The translations under genes were made by a program, and so were the position numbers. The notes under the pieces were generated by a model that was not told the DNA's origin, did no database searches, and saw only the letters and a program-made list of their open reading frames with translations. A stretch of DNA of 64,000 nucleotides from the NCBI GenBank assembly GCA_964016885.1, contig OZ024762.1, forward strand, positions 22,878,001 through 22,942,000, given 5' to 3'. The stretch comes from Eledone cirrhosa. Taxonomy: Eukaryota. Positions 21,814 through 34,446 of this stretch are shown here, in pieces; within the stretch, counting starts at the first letter, position 1; each line of letters starts with the position of its first letter.

Positions 21814-22790
21814 TAATGTTTGAATTATTTCAAGAATATTTTTGGTGAAAATAAAGTGGAGTATTTGCGGAGGGTCGAGTTAAAAGTCTAATAATTTTAA
21901 GACTATCTCGGTGAAAATAAAGTGTAGTATTTTCAGAGGTTCGAGTTAAAAGTGTGGTAATTACACGAGCATTTTTGGGGAAAATAAACTGTAGTATTTG
22001 GAGATAGTCAGTCTAAAAGTCTACAAATATGGTGTAGTACTTGGGGAACGTCGAGCTAAAAGTGTAGTAGTCTTAAAACTATTTTTGAGAAAATAAAATG
22101 TAGTATTTGGAGATGGTCAGGCTAAAAGTGTAGTAATCTTAAAACTATTTGGGTGAAAATAAGGTTTAGTAATTTTCAAGAGGAATAAGAGATATTCTAA
22201 ACGTAAATAATTTGAGGCTTACCTCTTTTTTTTCTTTGTTGCAACGTGGTAAGCCGGTAGTATATCTGTACGAACTTGAATTAACGTCTGACTAAGAAGA
22301 CGAGGCCATTTTGTCCTATTGCTTATATGTGTGTGCGAACTTGAATTAACGTCTGACTAAGAAGACGAGGCCATTTTTTCCTATTGCTTATATGTGTGTG
22401 CGAACTTGAATTAACGTCTGACTAAGAAGACGAGGCCATTTTTTCCTATTGCTTATATGTGTGTGCCAACTTGAATTAACGCGTCCGACGAAGAAGAAGA
22501 GTCGATTTTTTTCGTTGGTTAAATCTGTATGAAATTTGAATTAACGTCCAACGAGGAATAAGAGATTACTGTTTTGGACTCTTCCTTCTCGTAGTCGGAA
22601 GTTTATGTTAGTTGTTAGCGACGTTTCAACTGTAAAAAAGAAAAGAGGGAAGCCTCGAATTATTTCTTATTCATCTTGAAAATTACTAAGCATTATTTCT
22701 ACCGCAAAATTACTACACATTTCACCCGACCATCCCCAAATACTTCACTTTATTTTCACAAAAAATATTCTTGAAATAATTTAAACATTA
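21814..22790. mobile_element. Foldback-like element with modular long inverted repeats
   Basis: taatgtttgaattatttcaagaatattt at left is inverted at 22763-22790; ~60-bp subrepeats in left arm; 68-bp tandem at 22268-22560. Confidence 0.65.
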
Positions 22791-22792
22791 AT

Positions 22793-22925
22793 AATGGTTT
22801 CTGATTTAGGTACAAGGCCGACCATTTTTGGGTAAAAGGAAAGTCGATTAAATCTACATCAGTGTATTACTGGTACTTTATTTTATCGACCACGTAAGGA
22901 TGAAAGGCAAAGATAACGTCGACGT
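22793..22925 (-). mobile_element. SINE family 1, 5'-truncated
   Basis: ctggtactttattttatcgac..aaggatgaaaggcaaag core. Confidence 0.8.
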
Positions 22926-22945
22926 GAAAAGCTGGGTGTAATAAT

Positions 22946-23160
22946 TGTTTCTACTTTAGGCACAAGACCAGCAATTTTCGGGGAGGGGTAAAAGTTGATT
23001 AAATCAACGCCAGTGTTTACTGGTTCTTTATTTTATCGATTCTGTAAGGGTGCAAAGCAAAGCTAACCTTGGCGGGGTATGAACCCAGATCATGAAGGGC
23101 CGTAACTCATGCAAAGCATGACGTCCGACCCTCTATCGATCCTGCCAATCCACCGCCCTT
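22946..23160 (-). mobile_element. SINE family 1, full length
   Basis: Head and core present; 19-bp TSD aaaag(c/t)tgggtgtaataat at 22927 and 23161. Confidence 0.9.
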
Positions 23161-23273
23161 AAAAGTTGGGTGTAATAATAAAATATAATAGCTTCAGCGT
23201 AATCGGTAAATGAAAGAGAAGTGGCATGCCAAATCGAATAGAGCAAAGCTTCAAATTAAATAGCATTAAATAC

Positions 23274-23382
23274 CTTCTCGTGGTTACTTCCGCCGTCTTT
23301 TGTTTCAACTTCAAATCAAATCTTCCATGCTGTTGAAAATCGATTCCTTTAATCTCTACAGGGTTGAAGATGTAAAAAACAA
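23274..23382 (-). CDS. Candidate internal exon (VFYIFNPVEIKGIDFQQHGRFDLKLKQKTAEVTTR), product unknown
   Basis: ttttttgtttgatttttAG acceptor, AG|GTATTT donor, open frame phase 1 to 2. Confidence 0.45.
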
Positions 23383-23906
23383 CTAAAAATCAAACAAAAA
23401 ACCTACCAAAGAAAATATAAAATAACAAACCAAGGCATCGTCAATAACTTCATTGAACTTAATTCAGAATTCGTGCTCTTAGAAATGTATGTGTCAACTT
23501 AAGAAAGTATTATCATTACCATAACCATCATTATTATTATTATTATTATTATTATTAACAGTATTGTTATTATTGTATTTATTGTTGTTGTTGTTGAATT
23601 TTTATCACGAATTCCACCCTTTTGCACCAATCTATATTTCGCTTTGGTCACATCGTGATGAAACATATATAACAACAAATATAATACCGAAACAGAGGAG
23701 TTTCTTAAGTTGATTGAATGTAAGAGAGACAATGTATTTGGTTTGGAAAAGACTGAATAATATAACTGTTTAATAAAATTATATTAAATGAAATGAAATC
23801 AGAAATAATAACGGAGACTTTTGAAGAAAATAATGAGAAAATATATGAAAATAAAAAGAGAATTGCTGACGAAAGCAGAAATCTTAGAGAGAAATATGCT
23901 TTCCAC

Positions 23907-23974
23907 CTGTTATAATATTCCTGACTAAGAATGTTATCACGGAATAATCAGTGTTCACATAATAGGTGGTATAG
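23907..23974 (-). CDS. Candidate exon (YTTYYVNTDYSVITFLVRNIIT)
   Basis: Good acceptor ..gctgttatttgcAG, weak donor GTGGAA; phase-compatible with 23274-23382. Confidence 0.25.
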
Positions 23975-24300
23975 CTGCAAATAACAGCGATACAAAAGGC
24001 AACATAAAATATCTCTAATTGGGGAATGTTTGGTATTATTTCAGCATTCTTCGAATGAAACGAATCTAATTCCTTGAGTCATAATGGAACGACATAGAAG
24101 CTGAAACAGAAACATTGAGAGATAAACGTTTAGAAAACATGTAGTCTTACGTCATATGTCTCGGTCTATTGTCCACAATTTACACTTGTGTTACTTTGAT
24201 AGACAGACAGACTAGCTATGGTTTCTAATTTAAAAGACAAAGCCAGAGTATTTTCCTTTAGGGGGAGTAGAAAAATAATTATATCCATTAAAGTCTGTTT

Positions 24301-25100
24301 TCGAATTGAGAGATCACAGCTCCGATTAGAGAGTCTCTCGTGGTAGAGCCGCTACTTCTCCGAATTGAGAGATTACACCCCAATACGATGGGCATGCGGT
24401 TAGAATGTCTCAAACAAGAATCGCTGGACAGATTTGTAGCTTGGAGATCAGAGAGTCACTCCAGTTAGAGCCGCTACTTCTCCGAATTGAGAGATCACAG
24501 CTCCGATACTAGAGGCATGTAGTTAGAGTATCTCAGGAATGAATCACTGGACAGATTTGTAGCTCTCAGATCAGAGAGTCACTCCAGGTAGAGCGGCTAC
24601 TTCTTCGAATTAAGATATCACAGCTCCGATACTATGGACATGTGGTTAGAATGTGTCAGGAAAGAATCATTAGAGAGTCACTCCAGGTAGGGCTGCTACT
24701 TCTTTGAATTAAGAGATCATAGCTCCGATAATATGGACATGTGGTTAGAATATCTCAGGAAAGAATCACTGGACATATTTGTAACTCAGAGAGTCACTGC
24801 AGGTAAAGTCACTGTTTCTCTGAATTGTGAGATCACTACTCTGATACTATGGGCATGTGGTTAGCATCTCTCAGGAAAGAATCGCTGGACAGATTTTACA
24901 GGCAAAACCAACCGGCAAGAGTCCTTGAGGTCGACCCCGAGCAAGCTGGTTAGTTGGATAACATCCATGAGCTTGGCTAGTCACGTTCGGGGATCCAGCC
25001 GGATCAATTGGAGACGGTTGCTTCTGACAGGAACCCTTGAAAGAGGTTCTAAGGACTCTGCCCCCACAACCCCCTCGGAAATAAATACGGGGAGAAGACA
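24301..25100 (+). mobile_element. RTE-clade LINE 3' end with ~6 tandem copies of a coding segment
   Basis: Consensus translates EPLLLRIERSQLRYYGHVVRMSQERI..QAKPTGK.P.GRPR.SW, typical RTE C-terminus. Confidence 0.8.
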
Positions 25101-25429
25101 AAGAATTAAAAATTTGTTATTAAATAAGTTATTTAACAATTAAATAACTTATTTTCTGTGTAATTAAACGGTGTCTGCATGTGTAATGACTTAGAGCGAA
25201 GGATCTTCGCATGAGTCATCTCCGGATCTACCTAAATGTCAATTCATTTGTATGATGGAAGGTATTCTAGAAACTACGTTTTTACGTTTTACAAGACTGT
25301 CATTTTAAACCTGGCAGTGAGTGCTCACCCCTTTCTAGGCCTGAGTACAGCAGATTTTCCAGAGAAAGATAGAAAGTGAGAGTGAAGAAAATGAGAAAGA
25401 GACATAAAAGAAGAATTGAACCCAGTACG

Positions 25430-25570
25430 AGACTGGTATTTTGTTTTATTGGCCTCGAAAGGATAAAAGACAAAGTTGAACTCGGCGGAATTTGAACTCA
25501 GACAGTAGAGAGCCTGAACGAATACAATAAAGCATTCTATCTGACGTTCTAACGACTCTGCCAATTCGTC
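25430..25570 (-). mobile_element. Diverged SINE family 1
   Basis: aaagttgaactcggcggaatttgaactcag...ctaacgactctgccaattcg. Confidence 0.7.
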
Positions 25571-25597
25571 GACTCAGATACGCATACATTTTCTATT

Positions 25598-26083
25598 CTA
25601 AGGCGGGTAAAATTCCCGAGACCCATGGACGAGTTCTCGCCAGCGGTCTCTGTCCCTTATTATCGCTGCCATGTCCTGCGTCTCCAACAGACCAGTGTCT
25701 GTCCTTAGGGCATCAACATACGTTAACCTTGGTCTTCCTCTTCTAGTGTGTCCATGTAGGGGCTCCCAAAGGAGCACTGAGTGCAATGTCCACTCTGGAT
25801 GTCGGTGAGCATGTCCAGCTAACCTCAGTCTCCTCTGTGTCACTTTTGAGCTGACTTTTGGGATGCTCCCATACAGCTGTGAGTTTTTCATCCTCAGTGT
25901 ATACTGATTAATGTTCAGAGCCATCCTCAGCATTCTCGTGTAGCACCCATCCACCATCTGAGTGAGTTTCTTGGTCAGTGTCCAAGTCTCAGACTCATAC
26001 AGCACACAGACTCCACTGTAGCAATGAAGAGGCGGATTTTCAGGTCTCTACGAAGGTCCGACTTCCACACCGATCTCAAGCTG
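25598..26083 (-). pseudogene. RTE-clade LINE reverse transcriptase C-terminal fragment (frameshifted, 5'-truncated)
   Basis: KIRLFIATVES / LYESETWTLT..YTRMLRMALNI..RRLRLAGH..RGRPRLTYVD..DRDRWR. Confidence 0.9.
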
Positions 26084-26435
26084 TATATAAATACTGTCTA
26101 TAAATACTGCAAATTCAAACAGCAAAATAAATATTGCTAAATTTATCGATGTAATAAGATAATGAAGCCAAAAACTTTCAATGCTCTTCCAAGTATTTTT
26201 AACACGAAGAAAAAAAAATCATTTGTGAATATATTTAGCATTAGAGAAGTAGAAAAAAAGATATTATTTTTAGGTAATTTTTTATTCTAATGTGTGTGTC
26301 CATTCAACTTCCTTGACTGGTATAAAATAAGAATCGCAACTCAGAACCTTATGCACGCACGGACTCACTCACTCACTCACTCACTCACTCACTCACTCAC
26401 TCACTCACTCCCCCCCCCCCCCCTCTCTCTCTCTC

Positions 26436-26597
26436 TCGACCTGTCCAGCGGGGAAATCTCTCAGCCACTTTTCTCTTGTAAAAATGGCTACTGCTTTCAT
26501 TATGTAAAATCTCCCCATTTTTGCCTTATTTCTCCCCGTTTTGGGGCAATTTTTTTCATAGTACTCCCTGTTTTGGGTTTTTAGAAGTTGGCAGGTA
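26436..26597. mobile_element. Possible hAT-type DNA transposon end
   Basis: Ends in gttggcaggta; related ctctccccg..cggggaaatctccc at 26700-26740. Confidence 0.35.
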
Positions 26598-26849
26598 CAT
26601 ACATACATACATACATACATACATAATACATACATACATACATACATACATACGCGCACACACGCAAACATACGTACGTTGGTACGTACCAACCAGATCT
26701 GACCAACTCTCCCCGTCGGACGGGGAAATCTCCCACCCACTTTGGGGTGGATGCGAGATGATATAACAGTACTGTATTTCCCGGCGCTGAAGACGCTTCG
26801 TCCTCGAGGATACACCCTAATTTTGACAAACAAAAATTTGAAAATAAAT

Positions 26850-26923
26850 AATTGTTTCTACATTTGGCACAAGGCCAGCAATCAGCCAGTACATTACTGG
26901 TACTTAATTTTATCGACCCCGTA
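26850..26923 (-). mobile_element. SINE family 1, 3' fragment
   Basis: ttgtttctac..ggcacaaggccagcaa..actggtact..tatcgacccc. Confidence 0.8.
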
Positions 26924-26993
26924 AAATATTATATTATTTATTATACAAGTATATTTTTAACAAGTATATTTTTTATATATTATTTACAATTTA

Positions 26994-27181
26994 AGGGTGG
27001 TGGATTGGCAGTATCGGTAGAGCCTCAGACATCATGCTTTGCAACATAGAGTTACGGCCCTTTACGGCCTGAGTTCAAATCCCGCTGAGGTTAACTTTGC
27101 CTTTCATCCTTACAGGGTCGATAAAATAAAGTACCAGTAATGTACTGAGATATTGCTGGCCTTGTGCCAAAAGTAGAAACA
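26994..27181 (+). mobile_element. SINE family 1, full length
   Basis: A box tggcagtatcgg, B box gagttcaaatcc; 15-bp TSD attatttacaattta at 26979 and 27182. Confidence 0.92.
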
Positions 27182-27842
27182 ATTATTTACAATTTACTTG
27201 TAGACAGGTCTCTCTGGAAATAGTGTTCGGGGGGGGGGGCGTTGAGGGTCTTACGTGGCCGTGAAGGAAAGTGGGGGACGGTTGCCCAAAAGTTTCAGAA
27301 CCTCTGATCTAATGTTTACAGATTTACATTAGATATAAAAGAAGAAAAGCGTTTGTTAAAAGCTTCCTTTGAACATATGTCACACATTTAGTATGTAAAG
27401 TTGGAGTAAATATTTACCGTTTGATTTCAGTAAATTTTACAACTAACTCTGCTAACGTGTTTTCCCCCGTTAGATAAATTATCACAGCAAATTTTATATT
27501 TCAGACTTTTAACATTTCCGAGAATGGCTTCAAAGAACTAACAACTATCCATCAGACCCCAGCCTTACCCTCTCTTCGACATGAAATATAAACTCGTTTT
27601 TAATTGTGCGTGTGAACTTTTATAGAAATCTGTACATCTTCGATTTTTTAATATTTCTTTTTTTTAGCAGACACGTGCGACAGTGTAGCCTCATGGTTAG
27701 TTCTTAGGTTTAATATCTTTTCAGGTTTCTCTACAAATATGTCATTTCTTTCAAAAAATATCTTTCGATGAACGTCTTTCGCCAAATTTCTTTCTTTCTA
27801 GTTTCAACTTCAAGCGATTTCCCTTCGAGAATTGCATGTTTA

Positions 27843-27977
27843 GGGGCATAGCTTAGTGGTTAGAGCATTGGGCTTGCAATCGAAAGGTTGTGAGTTCTAT
27901 TCTCAGACCGGGTGATGTGTTGTTTTCTTGAGCAAGACACTTTATTTCACGTTGCTCAAGCTTACTCAGCTGTGGCA
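27843..27977 (+). mobile_element. tRNA-derived CORE-type SINE, family 2
   Basis: tagcttagtggttagagc..gagttctattc..cttgagcaagacactttatttcacgttgctc. Confidence 0.8.
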
Positions 27978-28160
27978 TGTGATTCTGCGTACCCAGTGCC
28001 ATGATCTCATCAGGCAGCTTCTTAAACAATAAGGTTACTTTCTCGAGGCAATCCAACTTAAAACGACAAAGAAACAGACAACGATGATGTTCTTGAAGCT
28101 TTCGCTCGTTCCCTTGGTGTGTATATATATATATTTATATATATATATATATATATATAT

Positions 28161-28218
28161 AGGAACGAGTAGGACCCCGACGGCTGAGCTCAAGCCGTTT
28201 CGACGGCTAATTCTGGAC

Positions 28219-28220
<2 letters not shown>
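28161..28220 (-). mobile_element. Family A half copy
   Basis: aggaacgagtaggaccccgacggctgagctc...ttctggac between TA tracts. Confidence 0.85.
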
Positions 28221-28248
<28 letters not shown>

Positions 28249-28255
<7 letters not shown>

Positions 28256-28615
28256 AATCAAAAAGAACAGAAAGATGCAGTAAAAGAGATTTATTCGGTT
28301 CTAACGTACGTTTCAATAGACATCAATTTGCCTAGATCTCGCTGCATCTATAATATTATATAGTTAGTAGAACATTCGACATCCAATGCACAATCGATTC
28401 CATATCATCAGAGATTATATTTCCGAATAAATCTCTTTTACTGCATCTTTCTGTTCTTTTTGATTCTTTATACACGCCCCGGAATATAGCTAAACTGGAA
28501 TATACACCTATTTTCTGCATTTCGTTGAGCACCACTCTGTTGTAAGCTGACCTTCCCCTACACGGTACATAACACTGTGTCCTGGAAAACCTTAATGCAC
28601 TCGTGCATAACCAAT
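28249..28615. mobile_element. Penelope-like foldback element
   Basis: Perfect ~50-bp arms 28249-28298 / 28423-28472; minus strand CTGATGA(28411-28405)..GAAAC GTAC GTT(28314-28303). Confidence 0.7.
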
Positions 28616-28637
28616 TATATATATATATATATATATA

Positions 28638-29262
28638 CAGTGGCGAACTGGGTCTAAAGATATTGGTTGCTAATAGATAAAGGGGGCCCGCCCACATATA
28701 GAGTGCTATCAATTAATTTTTATAATGAATAAACAATATTTTCGAAAAATACATAAGTGGAAACAAAACAGTGCAATCACATTTTTGCGGAAAAATATCT
28801 TAGTTTCTCCAATAAAAAATATTATGAATTTTGCGAAATCCAGAGACTTTCAATAATGACCAGAAGTCGACACTAAATATTACTAATAGCTCAAGGGACG
28901 ACACCACATATTTTTAACTTTGATTTTGAAAGTAGGTTTATAATTATCAATTTTCAACATGCCTTTGTAGCTATCTCGGTGGCCTAGTTGGAAGAATCAC
29001 ACGCGGTGGTGATCCTGGTCAGAAGTTCGATCCTGCTCGGGAGTAGAGTTCCCAGCAAACCTTTTCAGTTTTTTTTCTATGGGTTGTAAAATAAAAATTG
29101 AAAAAGACTACGTGCCCTCTTAACCAGTATCATACTTATAAACCTGCTTTCAAAATTTTCAAAACAGTGTTGTGGTGTCGGTCATGTTTTTCTTAAGGTC
29201 GACTTCTAAATCATTTGGCTATACTTTAACCTGTAATCCATGTTTCATTTCTGTTGCACCTC

Positions 29263-29304
<42 letters not shown>

Positions 29305-30078
29305 TTTAGGCTTACTTTATTCATATATATATATGTTTTTGCATGTCAGATTCAAACTTATAATGATTGGCATTGTATATATATACACATATATATACAT
29401 ATATTATTTGTTTGCTAAAATAATCAAATTAAATTAATTCAACAGTTAAACACACTTAGGAATAATAGTTTGTTACCAGAGGGCCAAAAGATTGACAAGT
29501 CGACCCTAAATATTACTAATAGCTCTAGGAAAGCCATGAACGACACCACATATTTTTAACTGTGATTTTGAAAGTAGGTTTATAATTATCAATTTTCATT
29601 ATACTTGTGTAGCTGTCTCGGTGGCCTAGTTGGAGGAATAATAGACGGTGGTGATCCTGGTCTGAGGTTCGATCCTGGTCGGGAGCAGGTTTCCCAGTAA
29701 ACCTTTTCAGTTTTTATTTGTTGGTTGTAAAATATATACAGAAAACGGTTACATGTACCCCTTAACCAGGATTTAAACCAAGGTTAGGATCTTCACCCAA
29801 GATCTCTAGTACCCAGAGACAACTACGAACATTTTATGAAAATTCATACTTATAAACATTGGTGGCGGAATGTGTCTAAAAATATTGGTTGCCAGGAGAT
29901 GAAGTGTGCCCATATACATATAGAGTGCTATCATTTAATTTTTATAATGAATAAATAACATTTTCGAAAAATACTTAAGTGGAAACAAAACAGTGCAAAC
30001 AAATTTTTGCGGAAAAATATCTTAGTTTCTCCAATAAAAAATCTATTTTGCGAAATCCAAAGACTTTGAATAATTACC
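28638..30078. repeat. A-B..B-A duplicated blocks containing tRNA-like A/B boxes
   Basis: 28638-28862 ~ 29860-30078; 28864-29130 ~ 29497-29770; TGGCCTAGTTGG and GTTCGATCC at 28974-29043 and 29616-29686. Confidence 0.7.
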
Positions 30079-30100
30079 TTTGATCTTTCACATTCATTCA

Positions 30101-30167
<67 letters not shown>

Positions 30168-30168
<1 letters not shown>

Positions 30169-30370
30169 TTGGTGTGGGTACTTAAAGCGTCCGTATGCGG
30201 GAGGCCGTTTGATCACTCGATGCTCTTACAGAGCAGAGTATAATATCACATAACAAACGGAGAATCAGTGGTGCGACAAATTAAACTTTATTAAACATAT
30301 TACAATCGTTTCTCTGGCGACGAGCTCGAGGCACGATCGATGCAATGATCGAACCTGACTCTGAATAATC
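30168..30370 (-). mobile_element. TA-embedded PLE-like terminal fragment
   Basis: Inverted homolog of 31880-32083; GAAAC GATT GTA followed by AATAAA. Confidence 0.7.
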
Positions 30371-30670
30371 GAACCTTCCTCCTGGAAACTCTGCTTCGAA
30401 AAGGCTATTTTCATCATTTCTAAAAATAGCAAAACAATTGATGCTTTGAATATGATTAATTATTGGTCGTTAGACATGCTCAACCAGCCGTGACGCTTAA
30501 ACCAATCAGCTTTACTAATTCAGTGAAACTACACACTGATTGGTCGAAATACAGTTTGCAGGGCTTAGCATTCTGGAGCCACTTTTCCCTGTATAAAATG
30601 TATAAAAGGTAGGAAATTTACCCATCTTATTACAGTTGAAAATTGCAAACTTGACTGTCACCACATATTA

Positions 30671-30709
30671 TGAACCTGAAGATTGCGAAAGCATGAAAGT
30701 ACTTGTTCA
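30671..30709 (+). ncRNA. Minimal hammerhead ribozyme motif (39 nt)
   Basis: tgaac-CTGAAGA-t tgc gaaa gca t-GAAA GTAC TT-gttca. Confidence 0.7.
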
Positions 30710-30821
30710 ATTAACACTTAGAATTTAATATTCTACCATACTATTTCATTATAATACCATTATAAATTTTAAAGGATTGTAAATAAAACGAGTAAATCAG
30801 ACAAAGTTAGAATTCCTCTTA

Positions 30822-30856
<35 letters not shown>

Positions 30857-31749
30857 TATATATATATACATATATATATAACGAAGGAATTCTGGTAAGG
30901 AAGTAGATGGACCATAACATATATATATACTGTGTACCTTTGTGATCCCAACATTCGGCGTCCGGGTTATTCGCTAAATTTTCCTTAGAATCTAATCAGT
31001 AATTGTTCGTGGAAACCACCACATATTCGCGAAATCGTAAATATCTTCCGCAATGTTTTTAATGGCATTTTTTAAAGTAAAGTGAAGTTGGAAATTGCGA
31101 CAAGCTGTGATTACTTTGCACTTATTCTAGGTGTATGTACGTACAGATTTAGGTGTTTCAATGCCCTACTTGTTAAATTATATATAAGATATATAATGAT
31201 GTAATAGGAATTAGGTGAGATGAGAGATTTGAATAAAATAAAATTAATTATAATTTAGTGTAGTATTCAGAATCTGGTTGATTAACGATTCCTTGTATCA
31301 GAGATAGAATGTGTGAAATTCTCCACGTCTCATCCGTTGGGTTTGTAATTATGTAATTTAGATTTATTTAATTAATTTGCTGAAACTGAGAAGTGAATTT
31401 ATCTCTTCTGATGCCTCCATACTTGTTCACGTATACACACGTATCTCTCTCTCTCCCTCTCTCTGTATATATATATAATTTCTCTCTCTTTCTTTCTCTC
31501 TCTCTATCTCCCTCTCTCTCTCACTCTCTCTCTCACTCTCTCTCTCTATAGATATATATCTATCTGTCTATATATATATATGTCGTACATACCTATACAT
31601 GTATACGCGTTTATACATATATCCGTATGTATCTCTTTGTATATCTGTATGCATATAGATGTGTGTGTGTATATATAAATAGCTGTAGGCGTGTGTGTGT
31701 GTCCGTGTGCGTGTGTGTGCGTGTATTTATATATATATATATATATATA

Positions 31750-31836
<87 letters not shown>

Positions 31837-31879
31837 TACATATAGGAAAATCTGCTTAGTAGAATCGAGACGTATCCGA

Positions 31880-32083
31880 GACCGCGCGATTTCAGAGTCA
31901 GGTTTGATCACCATATCGATCGTGCCTCGAGCTGATCACCCGAGAAACGATTGTAATATGTCCAATAAATTCCTTTCGTCGCAACACTGATTCTCTTTTT
32001 CGGCGATATCATACTCTGCTCTATGAGGGCATTGAGTGCTTATACGGCCTACCCATACGGACGCTTTAGCACCCAACACCAAT
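31880..32083 (+). mobile_element. TA-embedded PLE-like terminal fragment
   Basis: Homolog of 30168-30370; tail motif TTGAGTGC at 32032. Confidence 0.7.
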
Positions 32084-32857
32084 TATATATATATATAGAT
32101 AGATAGATGTAGGTGTATCTGTATATATATAGGTGTAGGTGTGTGTGTATATATTTAGCTGTACATGTGTGTATATATATATATATAGATGTATGTGTGT
32201 GTATATATATATATACATAGGTGTATGTGTGTGTGTATATATATATATATATATAGAGAGAGATGTATGTGTGTATATATATATATATATAGATGTATGT
32301 GTGTGTATATATATACATAGGTGTATGTGTGTGTGTGTGTATATTTATATATAGAGATGTATGGTGTGTGTATATATATAAAGCTGTATGTGAGTGAGTG
32401 TGTATATATATATATATGTATATACCTGTATGTGTGTGTGTGTCTATATATATATAGCTGTATAGGTGTGCGTGCATATATATATAGCTGTATAGGTGTG
32501 TCTGTATATATGTATATATATATATACTGTATAGGTATGTCTGTGTATATATATATATATGTGTGTTTTTGTGCATATATATGTATATATGCGTATGTAT
32601 GTATCTATTTGTCTATGTGTGTGTGTGTGTATGTTTACAATATTTACCGAAATACTAGAAATACAGAAAATACTTCCATCTTTCATCTTTCGTGTAACTT
32701 AATACAATATTTCGGTGCAAAACTCCCTTGCTCAAAGTAAAACAGAAATAACTAAACTTCACGAAAACAACAAAAAACCGCCATAAAAATCGAAAAAAAA
32801 TAACAAAAACAACAACAAATAAACCCCATAAAAATCAACAATAGTACAATAAAAACA

Positions 32858-32898
<41 letters not shown>

Positions 32899-33266
32899 TA
32901 ACAATAAAAATAATAACAGTAATAATAATAGTAATAATAATAACTCAATTATTTCCGGCTTGCGTAACACTTAACAATGTGTTCACTATTACATTATATT
33001 ACACAATATATTGGATTAGAGGACAAAGCACTGCGTGGTATTGGATTCCATTAAGTAACATGGAGTAATATTGTGTTATTATCCAGGAAGTCAGTAAGGT
33101 CGATATTGTGTAGCAGCTAGAAAGATAGACAGATAGATTAAAACGATTAGTCAGTAATTAGACTTTCATTTTCTTTCTTTCTTTATCTCTTTCTTTCTTT
33201 CTTTCTTTTTTATCTCTTTCAGTAACAGTGACTTTCTATCTCTCTATCTATCGCTATCTAGTGCTA

Positions 33267-33354
<88 letters not shown>

Positions 33355-33539
33355 CGTGTGTGTGTGTATGTATTTCTCTCTCTCTCTCTCTCTTTCTATC
33401 ACCATCTATCTCTCGCTAGACATATATATATATGTATATATATATATAGAGAAATAGATACATATATATGTATATATATTTTTTTTCTATGTCTATCTCT
33501 CGCTATATATATATATATGTATATACAATATATAATTCT

Positions 33540-33643
<104 letters not shown>

Positions 33644-33850
33644 TCATATACACACCATTGTCGTTCTAATTCTCTCCAAACGCATTTCCGCCCTTCTCTG
33701 TTTAACTGTCCACATCTCACGCTTTTTATCCAACGCATCTCTGTGTCTCTTTGAACATTTGATACGCTATAATTTGTACGGAGTCCACGATTCGTTGGAA
33801 TTGAATGACGGATGGTCCCAGGTAAAATCGGTGCAGTTTAAATCAGCGCA

Positions 33851-33896
<46 letters not shown>

Positions 33897-33904
33897 TTAG
33901 TACT

Positions 33905-33961
<57 letters not shown>

Positions 33962-34257
33962 TAGAGAGGAAAATAAATTTTCAGTACAAAATGCTGAAGA
34001 GATTCTTTCAGTATAATATCAAAACATTTATTTATAAAGTGGATATTTCCGCATTTAATAATACCAGTTTCAGCATTATATACTTTTTCAACTGCGGATA
34101 TGCATAATGTACTTATGTCGCATATATATACGAATAATAAAAAGGGGAAGAAAAATTATTAGATTTTACAGACATATTTAGAGAGGAGCGTTCATTTCTC
34201 GACATGTTTGTCCTTCGTTCTCTGTTAGTTGGCTGACCTATATATATATATATATAT

Positions 34258-34446
34258 AACGAAGAAAATGTGGTAAGGAACCAAATAGACCATAACGCAC
34301 CAAAGTACTCAATACTTAGGGTAGTAGAGTGGGTAATAGGAACGAGTAGGACCCCGACGGCTGAGCTTAAGCTGTTTCGACGGCTAATTCTGTCCATAAT
34401 TAGCCGTCGAAACGGCTTGAGCTCAGCCGTCGGGGTCCTACTCGTT

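Noticed and set aside
22268-22560. CRISPR-like regular repeats (also 44016-44733 and 54244-54714)
   Set aside because: No unique spacers, no cas genes, eukaryotic context.
27205-27306. Charlie-type hAT element (ends aaaagtttcagaacctctg)
   Set aside because: Only one degenerate end is visible, with no matching TIR or TSD.
28974-29686. Functional tRNA genes
   Set aside because: A and B boxes are present but the anticodon arm does not fold; treated as tRNA-derived repeats.
33994-34035. Hammerhead-like CTGAAGA gat..atc AAAAC
   Set aside because: GAAA is mutated and no stem I is evident; at best a decayed copy.
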